11,481 nt of DNA from Calditrichia bacterium (GCA_037381445.1 JARRQT010000096.1:1-11481); one strand, 5' to 3'. Shown: positions 1 to 7,959, numbered from the stretch's first letter. Numbers and translations are program-made. The notes: generated from the letters alone by a model not told the origin.

Positions 1-988
1 GCTTCTTTCCGATCTGAACAGGCTTGATCAAATAAGATTTCTCGCTCAATCTCAGCTTGCTGAACCGGTCCCTGCCCAAGACCGAAGTATAGATGACTAC
101 CAGGTCTTCCTCAACCAGGGGAATATGCTCCTCCATCTTTTCCTGCAGCCTTTTCACCAGGTCCTCGCCGTGGGGAATTTCCCGCAGCACACTGTCAATC
201 CAGGCGTAGTGTCCGGCATAGCGAAGCGTTTTATAGTCCAGTCGCCGGGTCTTTCCGGCCAGCGCGTCCGGCAGATCGGCGGCCCCGCCGGAGGTCAGGT
301 CTTCTTCGAACTGGATCCCTTCGATGATTATTTCCGATCTCTCGGTGAGCGAGGCCCGCGCGACTGGCTGAAAATCCCTGATGACCCTGGCCGGTTTTAC
401 ATACAGCGTGGCGACTCCCACCGGGCTCCAGGTAAATCCGTAATAGTGGGGCGGGTATGAATTCTGGGTCAGCGCACCCACCTTCATGCTGACCGCTTCC
501 ACCTGCTCCACCTTATTTTCGCGGCAGAATTGCTGGAAAAGCCCGTTGACCAGCACATTGACAAATCCGGGAGCCAGTCCCGTCTGCAGGATGAATCCCT
601 TTTCCGCACCGGAGGCGATCTCCATCACCTGGTTGGTTTCCTTGACATATTCCGTCAGATTCGCATAATGCAGATTGAATTGTTTTGCCAGCGCAGCGAT
701 CCTGGGCGCCTGGTTTCCGGGAAGACAGTCCAGCACGATATCCGCCCCGGCAAGGAGTCCGTCAAATTCGGCATTGGATCCGGTTTTGGGCATGGCGAAG
801 GAAATCACTTTGCCGGGACGCAACGAATCTTGCCGGATCCATTCTGCAGCCTGCTTCGCCGCCGGTTCAACAGCATCCCCGATGGAAATATTCACCTCAA
901 AATCACCCAGTTCTCTCAACAGCAATCCGGCCGCCCGGCCGATCCCACCGGCGCCGGCAATGACAACGGAATACGTTTTATTTCCCAA
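1..988 (-). CDS. Saccharopine dehydrogenase / L-lysine 6-dehydrogenase family NAD(P)-dependent oxidoreductase (partial, 3' end runs off the window)
   Basis: Not in the ORF track. Manual translation from TTG at 988 (SD GGAGGTG at 999-993) is open to base 1: MGNKTYSVVIAGAGGIGRAAG (Rossmann GxGxxG) ... DIVLDCLP ... HYANLTE ... QTGLAPGFVN ... VGAL ... FTWSPVG ... TSGG ... LDYKTLRYAGHY. GLAPG and YKTLRYxGH are family hallmarks. Confidence 0.88.
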   Translation of the reverse strand, partial: MGNKTYSVVIAGAGGIGRAAGLLLRELGDFEVNISIGDAVEPAAKQAAEWIRQDSLRPGKVISFAMPKTGSNAEFDGLLAGADIVLDCLPGNQAPRIAALAKQFNLHYANLTEYVKETNQVMEIASGAEKGFILQTGLAPGFVNVLVNGLFQQFCRENKVEQVEAVSMKVGALTQNSYPPHYYGFTWSPVGVATLYVKPARVIRDFQPVARASLTERSEIIIEGIQFEEDLTSGGAADLPDALAGKTRRLDYKTLRYAGHYAWIDSVLREIPHGEDLVKRLQEKMEEHIPLVEEDLVVIYTSVLGRDRFSKLRLSEKSYLIKPVQIGKK

Positions 989-1053
989 ATTTCACCTCCG
1001 CGAACATTTTGACGAAGAGCCACTATTTACAATACAGCACTTCATTTAAATGC

Positions 1054-2652
1054 CTATTTGCCGCCCAATGGTTCCCATTCCCCGAAACTCTCGATGTTAA
1101 TGAGCAATTGGGGATCGGCCTGGTAGGTTTCATAGGAATTGTAATACCACCCCATATACCGGGAATCGCCGCCGCCCTGCGTAGTGATGAGGAAACGGTT
1201 TGACAGATGACCGATGTTCATGGCGCGGTCTCTGGGCAGCGGCTTGTCCCCGCCCTGCGGATCCATGGGAATCCAGCCGTAATTGGGAAGATACACTTCC
1301 GGCCAGCGGTGAAAAACATCATCCATGCTGGCATCATCGCCTCTTACCACAATACTTCCCACATAACGGGCCGGAACGCCGGCCGCCCGGCACAGGGCAA
1401 TGAAACTGAAGGTGTATTCCGAACAGGAACCGGTTCCGCGCTCGAGCACGACCGGCGCTACATTCCAGCCTCCCTCCAGTTTGTATTCCAGCGTATTGCG
1501 GACGTAGTCGAACACGTGGCGCGCGATCCAGTAGGGATTCGTTTCGCTGCCGGCCAGCTTCTTCGCGGTCTCCTGAATGAAAGGATCATCCAGAAGATAT
1601 TTGCTGCCGTTGGCGGTGTAGGTTTTCCGGATATCGGCAGGAATATCGCTCAGCGTCCCGCAACGATCCGGGAAGATAAAATAGCCGATATCGGAAATCT
1701 GCGCTTTGACAATCATCTTTGACTGAATATTCGCCTCGGAAGGGATATTCTTCTTATTGAAATGGGCAAAGGACTGATTCCATTTGTCTTTCACGGTTGA
1801 ATAGTTGTTGGGAACAAAATCCACGGACCGGATTTTCTGCTGGGAAAGGTTATCCGGCACGGCTATGTAAACATCCAGATTCTTCAATTCCCCCTGCCCA
1901 TAAACCTTCACTTCGTGCGTAAAGGTTATCTGCGCGTCCCGCTGATTATCGAGACGGTATAAATCGTCATCCTGGCGGACCAGCTGATAAATTTCATTTT
2001 TTTCGAAATCCACATTCCAGAGATATTTGCCGTCCCAGGCCATTCCCCGTGGATAAGGTCCGGCGGATTTGGTAACGATGATGACTTCTCCGTTTTTCGG
2101 GTCGACCATGTATATTTCATCCATCAGGCGGTCAGCGCACCAAAGGTAGGTGCCGTCGAAGGTCAGTCCCTGCGCGTAATTTGCCGGGGCGGTAAAGGTC
2201 TTCACCGCGGTACCGTCGCTCAAATCAATTTTCATGATTTCTTTTCCCCGGGGATCGCTGACCCACAGGGTCTGGCCGTCCCAGGTCAAACCTTCCGCAG
2301 TGGAGGTGGGCGCATCAATAGCCGCCATAATTGTCCCGTCCTGCGGATCGACTTTAAATATTTTGTTCTGTTTCGCATCGAGATTCCACAGGTATTTTCC
2401 ATCCCAGGCCAGTCCCATGGGCCAGAAACCGGGCGACGGAATTTCCCGGACAATTTTGCCCGAAGCGGGATTGACGCATACGAGCTTGTCCGCCTTGTAA
2501 TCGGCCACCCACAGATTCTGACCGTCATAGGTCAGGCCGGTGGAAAACGAGTAAGGTGCTTTTATTGTTTTTATGATTTTCCCCGGATATGCATGGCCCA
2601 GGGAAATCATGCCGAATGTCAGCAGGATCAGCAGGAAATTTAACCTTTTCAT
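1054..2652 (-). CDS. Secreted protein: signal peptide + 5-repeat beta-propeller + transglutaminase-like (Cys-His-Asp) domain
   Basis: 532 aa. Sec-type signal peptide (MKRLNFLLILLTFGMISLGHA). Five G[LM][TA][WYF]DGxxLWxxD repeats. Transglutaminase core motifs GTGSC410SEY, LCRAAGVPARYV, FH448RWPEVYLPNYGWIPMD464P. Strong SD upstream. Confidence 0.88.
   Translation of the reverse strand: MKRLNFLLILLTFGMISLGHAYPGKIIKTIKAPYSFSTGLTYDGQNLWVADYKADKLVCVNPASGKIVREIPSPGFWPMGLAWDGKYLWNLDAKQNKIFKVDPQDGTIMAAIDAPTSTAEGLTWDGQTLWVSDPRGKEIMKIDLSDGTAVKTFTAPANYAQGLTFDGTYLWCADRLMDEIYMVDPKNGEVIIVTKSAGPYPRGMAWDGKYLWNVDFEKNEIYQLVRQDDDLYRLDNQRDAQITFTHEVKVYGQGELKNLDVYIAVPDNLSQQKIRSVDFVPNNYSTVKDKWNQSFAHFNKKNIPSEANIQSKMIVKAQISDIGYFIFPDRCGTLSDIPADIRKTYTANGSKYLLDDPFIQETAKKLAGSETNPYWIARHVFDYVRNTLEYKLEGGWNVAPVVLERGTGSCSEYTFSFIALCRAAGVPARYVGSIVVRGDDASMDDVFHRWPEVYLPNYGWIPMDPQGGDKPLPRDRAMNIGHLSNRFLITTQGGGDSRYMGWYYNSYETYQADPQLLINIESFGEWEPLGGK
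1969..2583 (-). repeat. Five tandem 41-aa (123-nt) propeller-blade repeats within the transglutaminase-like gene
   Basis: Repeat glycines at residues 39, 80, 121, 162 and 203: GLTYDGQNLWVAD, GLAWDGKYLWNLD, GLTWDGQTLWVSD, GLTFDGTYLWCAD, GMAWDGKYLWNVD. Confidence 0.85.
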
Positions 2653-2658
2653 TCTAAG

Positions 2659-2667
2659 ACCTCCTTT
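2659..2667 (-). promoter_or_regulatory. Shine-Dalgarno site of the transglutaminase-like gene
   Basis: AAAGGAGGT on the minus strand, 6 nt before the ATG at 2652. Confidence 0.8.
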
Positions 2668-2753
2668 AAAAAATGGTTAACATGAACTTTGCAGATCTAT
2701 ATCATACTTATAATGGAAGCATGTGCTGTATTTCAGGGAAAATAGTTGCGGGT

Positions 2754-2870
2754 CCGGAAATGCCGGAAATTCTTGACGTAGTGGTGAATTTGATAAGAAA
2801 GAACCAGATAACATTTCCGGCGCAAAAAAGAAACCGGTTCAATTTCCGGGAAATCGCAAAGCTTTCCGGC
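2754..2870. repeat. Cluster of five (A)TTTCCGG / CCGGAAA(T) motifs in the intergenic region
   Basis: CCGGAAAT at 2754-2761 and 2763-2770. ATTTCCGG at 2813-2820 and 2842-2849. TTTCCGGC at 2863-2870. Palindrome ATTTCC-G-GGAAAT at 2842-2854. Confidence 0.5.
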
Positions 2871-2910
2871 AGAATATTGATCGGATAAGAAAAAGAAAAA
2901 ATATGCACAA

Positions 2911-3654
2911 TTATTTTTCCTGAGCGCCCAGGTTCGCTTCGTCCATCAGGCGCAGTGCTTCCAGTAAGATATTCATTGTAGAACCCTGTATGTTGGGTAC
3001 GATCTTTTCCATCTGGGGTTCAAACTTAAAGACGCCGCTTTTAATGGCAACCAGCCGGTTTACGGCATCGATCCCCTCGCGATTCCCGGTTTGAGCAAAA
3101 ATCATCTCGCCGTCCTTGAAAACAATTTTGCCATTTTCATCCGCGATGATATTCAAAGTGCCGCGCCGCTTGTTGAGATTCAGTAATTGAATGACTTCTG
3201 TCAGGGAGAGATCGGCCAGGTTTCCTTCGAAACCCTTCATCTGTGAGACATTTTCATTATCGATGGCTCGGACGCGTCTGGCACGGGTCAGCAGATTTTC
3301 CACCTTTTCCAGCAGAATGTTGCGGTCCACCGGTTTTACCAGATACTCATCCGCGCCGGCGCGAAATCCCCGGATTTCCATTTCCCGGTCTTCCAGACTG
3401 GTCAGAAATATGAAGGGAACCAGCGGAATATTGCTGTTTTCGCGCACCATCCAGCAAAATTCGATACCGTCTGTATGGGGCATCATTACATCGCTGATGA
3501 TCAGATCTGGTTGAATCTCCAGAGCCCTGTCCAATCCCTGATCTCCATCCTCCGCGGTGGAAACGTCGTATCCGGCTCTCTCAAGGCTTATTTTCAATAA
3601 TTTCAAAACGTGCGGATTGTCGTCCACAATCAGGATTTTGTTCTTTTCAGCCAT
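2911..3654 (-). CDS. Response regulator with N-terminal REC and C-terminal DUF4388 (PatA-N-like) domain
   Basis: REC: ILIVDD, DLIISD55VMMP, FIFLTS, YLVKP. The C-terminus GFEGNLADLSLTEVIQLLNLNKRRGTL...GKIVFKDGEMIFA...G.F.F...ILLEALRLMDE matches the DUF4388 pattern. No DNA-binding domain is evident. Confidence 0.85.
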   Translation of the reverse strand: MAEKNKILIVDDNPHVLKLLKISLERAGYDVSTAEDGDQGLDRALEIQPDLIISDVMMPHTDGIEFCWMVRENSNIPLVPFIFLTSLEDREMEIRGFRAGADEYLVKPVDRNILLEKVENLLTRARRVRAIDNENVSQMKGFEGNLADLSLTEVIQLLNLNKRRGTLNIIADENGKIVFKDGEMIFAQTGNREGIDAVNRLVAIKSGVFKFEPQMEKIVPNIQGSTMNILLEALRLMDEANLGAQEK

Positions 3655-3680
3655 TGATTACCGATTTTTTGTGTTTTCAT

Positions 3681-5132
3681 TTATTCACACTGGAAACAAA
3701 CATTCAGCTCCCGGTTGGCCCGCAATTCATCCACCCGTCTGACCGGGGTGGTGAACGGTGCCTGATGAATTTTCTCGGGATCGGCTTTTGCTTCCTCTAC
3801 TGTTTCTATGAAAATATCGGCGAAGATGTCAAGCATTTGCTTGCTCTCCGATTCCGTCGGTTCAATCATGAGCGCTTCTTTTACAATGAGAGGGAAATAA
3901 ACCGTGGGCGCGTGCACGCCAAAATCCAGTAAACGCTTGGCAATGTCCATGGATTTCACGCCATGGGACCTGACCAGCGGTTCGCCGCTGAGGACAAACT
4001 CATGCATGGGCCGCGTTTTATAAGGCAGAGAGAGCACATTTTCCAGACGGCTTAGCAGGTAATTTGCATTAATGATGGCATTTTTGCTGATGTCTTTCAG
4101 TCCGGTACTGCCGTGCATGCTGATGTAAACATAAGCCCGCAGCAGGGCCGCAAAATTTCCGTAGAATGTAATCATCCGGCCGATGGAATTGGGGATGCCG
4201 CTGTCCAGGAAGTATTTTCCGTCTTTCATGTTCACAACCGGCACCGGCAGGAAGTCTGTCAGTTTTTCACTTACCGTTACGGGCCCTGAGCCCGGACCGC
4301 CCCCGCCGTGGGGCACCGCAAAGGTCTTGTGAAGATTGATGTGCAGTACGTCAAATCCCATATCGCCGGGACGGACAATGCCGAGCAGGGCGTTTAAATT
4401 GGCGCCGTCCATGTACATCAAGCCGCCGGCCTCATGGACCAGTTTCTGAATCTGGTCCACGCGGCGTTCAAAAATCCCCAGGGTGCTGGGATTGGTCAGC
4501 ATGATGCCGGCCACGTTGTCGTCCAGCTTCGATTTCAGGTCCTCGATATCCACCAGGCCGTCCTCGGTGCTTTTTACGGAAACCGAGTGCATTCCCGCGA
4601 TCGCGACAGATGCCGGATTGGTGCCGTGAGCGGAATCGGGCACCAGCATTTTGGTGCGGTTTTCGCCCCGGCTGAGGTGGTACTTGCGGATCATCATACA
4701 GCCGGTCAGTTCGCCATGGGCCCCGGCGGCGGGCTGCAGTGTAATCCCCGGCATACCGGCAATTTCCTTCAGCATTTCCTGCAGTTCATACATCAGCTGC
4801 AGGGCGCCCTGCACGCTCTCCACCGGTTGCATGGGATGCAGTCCCGCAAAGGCGGGCAGCGAGGTCATGTCTTCGTTCACCTTGGGATTATATTTCATGG
4901 TGCAAGATCCCAGGGGATAAAAACCTTTATCCACATTGTGATTCAAATTGGAAAGGTTTACAAAATGACGCACTACTTCATTCTCTCCGACTTCAGGGAG
5001 ATCGGGAGCAGTGCTCCGCAGATATTCTTCGGGAATTAATTCCGAAACAGGTTTCTCTTCCACATCGCAGGCGGGAAGATAATTTTTGTCTATTTTTTGC
5101 CGATCTAATTCAAATATTAAATTCTTGTACAT
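3681..5132 (-). CDS. gcvPB: Glycine dehydrogenase (decarboxylating) subunit 2, glycine cleavage P protein beta
   Basis: 483 aa. [43 protein letters not shown]-lysine motif [28 protein letters not shown]. Confidence 0.97.
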   Translation of the reverse strand: MYKNLIFELDRQKIDKNYLPACDVEEKPVSELIPEEYLRSTAPDLPEVGENEVVRHFVNLSNLNHNVDKGFYPLGSCTMKYNPKVNEDMTSLPAFAGLHPMQPVESVQGALQLMYELQEMLKEIAGMPGITLQPAAGAHGELTGCMMIRKYHLSRGENRTKMLVPDSAHGTNPASVAIAGMHSVSVKSTEDGLVDIEDLKSKLDDNVAGIMLTNPSTLGIFERRVDQIQKLVHEAGGLMYMDGANLNALLGIVRPGDMGFDVLHINLHKTFAVPHGGGGPGSGPVTVSEKLTDFLPVPVVNMKDGKYFLDSGIPNSIGRMITFYGNFAALLRAYVYISMHGSTGLKDISKNAIINANYLLSRLENVLSLPYKTRPMHEFVLSGEPLVRSHGVKSMDIAKRLLDFGVHAPTVYFPLIVKEALMIEPTESESKQMLDIFADIFIETVEEAKADPEKIHQAPFTTPVRRVDELRANRELNVCFQCE

Positions 5133-5149
5133 TCTTGCACCTTCAGTAT

Positions 5150-6178
5150 TTATTCTTTTTCTATTCTGGAATACCGGGCCGTCTGATTCCTGCCATTCAT
5201 TTTCGCAAAGGTCAAAGCCTTCTCCGCTTTCTGAATAGTATCTTCATTTTCAGCTTCAACGTCCAGGTTGATCTCCAGAATGCCGACACTGACCGTGATA
5301 TGCTGATAATCCTGCTTTCTTTTTGGCGACAATTTTTTTAATTCATAAAAATCCTGATCAAAAAAGGTGGTCTGGTCAACCGCCGAACGGATCCTTTCCG
5401 CTTCGTAGAAAGCGCCGGTTTCGTCGGTATGGGGAAGAATCACGATAAAACGGTTGTTATCGGTACGGAAAACCACATCGGTGTGACGCGTATTATTCAG
5501 AATCACGTTGGCGATGCGCATCAGAATGTAATCGCCGGTCTGTTCACCGAATACATCATTGATTTTGTGGAAAAAATCCACGTCGATGGCCACCAGCGAA
5601 ATGGGATTGCGATAGCGTTTGGCGAGAGAGCACTCTTCATCAAACCGTCTGGGAAGAAAGGACTTATTATACAGGCCGGTCAACGAATCCGTTATCTGCC
5701 CCGCCTCCAGATCACTTTTCATTTTGCGCAGGTTTTCAAGCTCCTTGAAAACGTTTTTGTGTTCCTCCACCAGCAGCTGATTATCCTGGCGCAATTGTTC
5801 GATCAGATTCTTTTTATGCAGCAAAGATTTCGATTTTGCGATCAACTCTTTGGCGTTGAAGGGTTTCAGCATATAATCGTCCGCGCCAAGTTCGATCCCC
5901 AGTACGCGGTGTTCATCTTCCACATAGTTGGCGGACAAAAATATGATCGGAATATCCCTGGTCTTCGCTCCGTCTTTCAGTGCTTTGCAGGCATCAAACC
6001 CGTTCATCACCGGCATGAGGGCATCAAGAATAATCAGGTCCGGTTTCTCCTTTTCCGCAACCTCAATCCCCTCTTTTCCGTTGACCGCCCGGGCAACCTC
6101 GAACTCATAAAAACGGAACAGGTGTTCCAGGGTATCGAGCATATCTTCGTTGTCATCCACTAAAAGAATCTTTGCCAT
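5150..6178 (-). CDS. Response regulator, REC + coiled coil + degenerate GGDEF domain (probable c-di-GMP receptor rather than active cyclase)
   Basis: REC: LLVDD, LIILD52ALMP, FLSA, MLKPF. GGDEF scaffold: [37 protein letters not shown]. The A-site reads RT-DNNRF instead of Rx-GG(D/E)EF. RxxD (R231HTD234) sits five residues upstream of it. Confidence 0.88.
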   Translation of the reverse strand: MAKILLVDDNEDMLDTLEHLFRFYEFEVARAVNGKEGIEVAEKEKPDLIILDALMPVMNGFDACKALKDGAKTRDIPIIFLSANYVEDEHRVLGIELGADDYMLKPFNAKELIAKSKSLLHKKNLIEQLRQDNQLLVEEHKNVFKELENLRKMKSDLEAGQITDSLTGLYNKSFLPRRFDEECSLAKRYRNPISLVAIDVDFFHKINDVFGEQTGDYILMRIANVILNNTRHTDVVFRTDNNRFIVILPHTDETGAFYEAERIRSAVDQTTFFDQDFYELKKLSPKRKQDYQHITVSVGILEINLDVEAENEDTIQKAEKALTFAKMNGRNQTARYSRIEKE

Positions 6179-6195
6179 TATAAAAATAATTCCTG

Positions 6196-7521
6196 TTATT
6201 TCAATTCTGATAATTCCCGCAGAAACGCATCCATTTCCGCTCTGGTCCGTTTTTCGGTAACCGCAATAAGCAAACCGCTGCCCATTTCCACTTCGGAGAG
6301 ATCGATACCAGCAAAAATATTCTTCCGGAGTAATTTATCGATAATCTGCTTTGCGGGTACGGGCGTCTCCACCACAAATTCCTTGAAGAAAGGACCGGGG
6401 AATTTGAGGCGGAATCCATCGATAGCAGAAATTTTCTGCGCCAGATAATGACTTTTCTGCACGGTCAGTTCTGCGGCCTTCCGAATACCGCTCTGGCCCA
6501 GCAGGGAGGCGTAAACCAGCGCAGCCAGCGCACATAACTGCGAATTTGTGCAGATGTTGCTGGTCGCTTTTTCCCGGCGGATATGCTGCTCGCGGGTCTG
6601 CAGGGTCGTAACAAACGCCCGGCGGTCTTCCACATCGTTGCTCATGGCCACAATCCGGCCTGGCATTTTACGGATCAGGGATTTTTTCGCGGCAAAAATG
6701 CCCAGGTAGGGACCGCCGTAATTCAGCGCGTTGCCGAACGGCTGCCCTTCACTGACCACAATATCAGCCCCGGATTCCGCGGGGGTTTTCAGAATGCCCA
6801 ATGAAACGGGATCGATAAACTGAATAAAAATGGCGCCGCTTTCATGAATTTTTTCCGCCAGGCCGTCGGACTTTTCCAGCAGCCCGTAATAATTGGGATT
6901 CTGCAGGATGACAGCCGCGATGCTATCATCAATAAGTAACATCATTTTGTTGTGATCAACCACACCATCTTTATGGGGAACCGGAACAATTTCAATTTCC
7001 TGGTCCCTCGTATAAGTTCGGATAATGTCAAAATAAAAGGGATTGATATTTTCCGGCACCAGGATACGCTTTCTGCCCGTTTGGCTGACTGCCATCAGGG
7101 CGGCTTCCGCAAGCGCCGAACCGCCGTCATACATGGATGCATTGGCCACATCCATCCCAGTGAGACGGCAGATTATGGTCTGATATTCATAAATGGACTG
7201 CAGCGTCCCCTGGCTGACTTCCGCCTGGTAAGGCGTGTAAGCGGTGTAAAATTCGGAACGCCATAAAATGTGCCGGACCACGGAGGGAATATAATGGTCA
7301 TAGGCCCCGCCTCCCAGGAAACTGATGCCAGTCCGGTTTTTTGAACCCAGCTCTTCCATCTTGCGGGTGATCTCATATTCACTCAGGGCTTCGGGAAGAT
7401 TCAGCTCCCCCTGCACCCGCAACGATTTTGGGATATAATCAATAAGTGCTTCAAAATCTTTCACTCCAATGGCATCCAGCATCGCCTGACGATCTTTATC
7501 GGAATTCGCAATAAAAGCCAT
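6196..7521 (-). CDS. gcvPA: Glycine dehydrogenase (decarboxylating) subunit 1, glycine cleavage P protein alpha
   Basis: 441 aa. FLGGGAYDHYIP, EFYTAYTPYQAEVSQGTLQ, NASMYDG, GGPYLG, TLQTREQHIRREKATSNICTN. Confidence 0.97.
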   Translation of the reverse strand: MAFIANSDKDRQAMLDAIGVKDFEALIDYIPKSLRVQGELNLPEALSEYEITRKMEELGSKNRTGISFLGGGAYDHYIPSVVRHILWRSEFYTAYTPYQAEVSQGTLQSIYEYQTIICRLTGMDVANASMYDGGSALAEAALMAVSQTGRKRILVPENINPFYFDIIRTYTRDQEIEIVPVPHKDGVVDHNKMMLLIDDSIAAVILQNPNYYGLLEKSDGLAEKIHESGAIFIQFIDPVSLGILKTPAESGADIVVSEGQPFGNALNYGGPYLGIFAAKKSLIRKMPGRIVAMSNDVEDRRAFVTTLQTREQHIRREKATSNICTNSQLCALAALVYASLLGQSGIRKAAELTVQKSHYLAQKISAIDGFRLKFPGPFFKEFVVETPVPAKQIIDKLLRKNIFAGIDLSEVEMGSGLLIAVTEKRTRAEMDAFLRELSELK

Positions 7522-7572
7522 AATTTCCTCAATATTCTAATTTCTCTTGTTTTACCAGGTGGCTTGCCGGAG

Positions 7573-7947
7573 CTAAATCAGTTCTTCGTAGGCGGCTTTA
7601 TCCAGCAGATTGTCCAGTTCCGATTTGTCCGACATTTTGATTTTGATAATCCAGCCTGCGCCGTATGCATCTTTATTGATGGTTTCCGGCTCGTCGGTCA
7701 GTTTATCGTTCACTTCCAAAACTTCGCCGGAAACAGGCGCGAAGAGGTCCGAAACCGCTTTCACAGCTTCGATGGTGCCGAAGCTTTCTCCCTGGGTCGT
7801 GGTAGAGCCCACCTCCGGCAATTCCACATAAACCACATCGCCCAGTTCACCCTGCGCATAATCGGTTATACCAATCGTCACAACGTCATCTTCCACTTTC
7901 GCCCATTCATGATCTTTCGTGTACTTGAGTTTTTCAGGTATCTGCAT
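7573..7947 (-). CDS. gcvH: Glycine cleavage system H protein (lipoyl carrier)
   Basis: KYTKDHEW, GITDYAQGELGDVVYVELP, lipoyl-lysine motif IEAVKAVSDLFAPVSGEV. Start placed at ATG 7947 because the SD GGAGG lies just upstream of it, inside the ORF-track TTG extension. Confidence 0.97.
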   Translation of the reverse strand: MQIPEKLKYTKDHEWAKVEDDVVTIGITDYAQGELGDVVYVELPEVGSTTTQGESFGTIEAVKAVSDLFAPVSGEVLEVNDKLTDEPETINKDAYGAGWIIKIKMSDKSELDNLLDKAAYEELI

Positions 7948-7959
7948 GTCGTCCTCCAA

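Noticed and set aside
125..1049. Plus-strand ORFs at the left edge of the ORF track
   Set aside because: They are antisense to the dehydrogenase gene at 988..1, which has clear family motifs and an SD.
1..2652. Functional pairing of the transglutaminase (Lys/Gln cross-linking) with the lysine-type dehydrogenase
   Set aside because: Adjacency (65 bp gap) is the only support. One protein is exported and the other appears cytoplasmic, and neither substrate is known.
2754..2870. CRISPR array or MITE interpretation of the short repeats
   Set aside because: The repeats are only 7-9 bp, irregularly spaced and in mixed orientation, and no cas genes are present.
2673..2908. Small ORFs in the intergenic region (2673-2888 plus, 2708-2908 minus)
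   Set aside because: No SD and no recognisable motif. A small protein cannot be strictly excluded without Ribo-seq or conservation data.
5133..6195. REC-GGDEF* gene as a mobile insertion
   Set aside because: No transposase or integrase, and no target-site duplication or terminal repeats in the two 17-bp spacers. Their equal length is probably coincidence.
7522..7572. Glycine riboswitch associated with the gcv genes
   Set aside because: The gaps before gcvH (12 bp) and gcvPA (51 bp) are too short, and I recognise no aptamer there or in the nadD-accB gap.
7948..7959. gcvH TTG start at 7959 (MEDD extension)
   Set aside because: The extension contains the GGAGG SD for ATG 7947, and MQIPEKLKY is a typical GcvH N-terminus.
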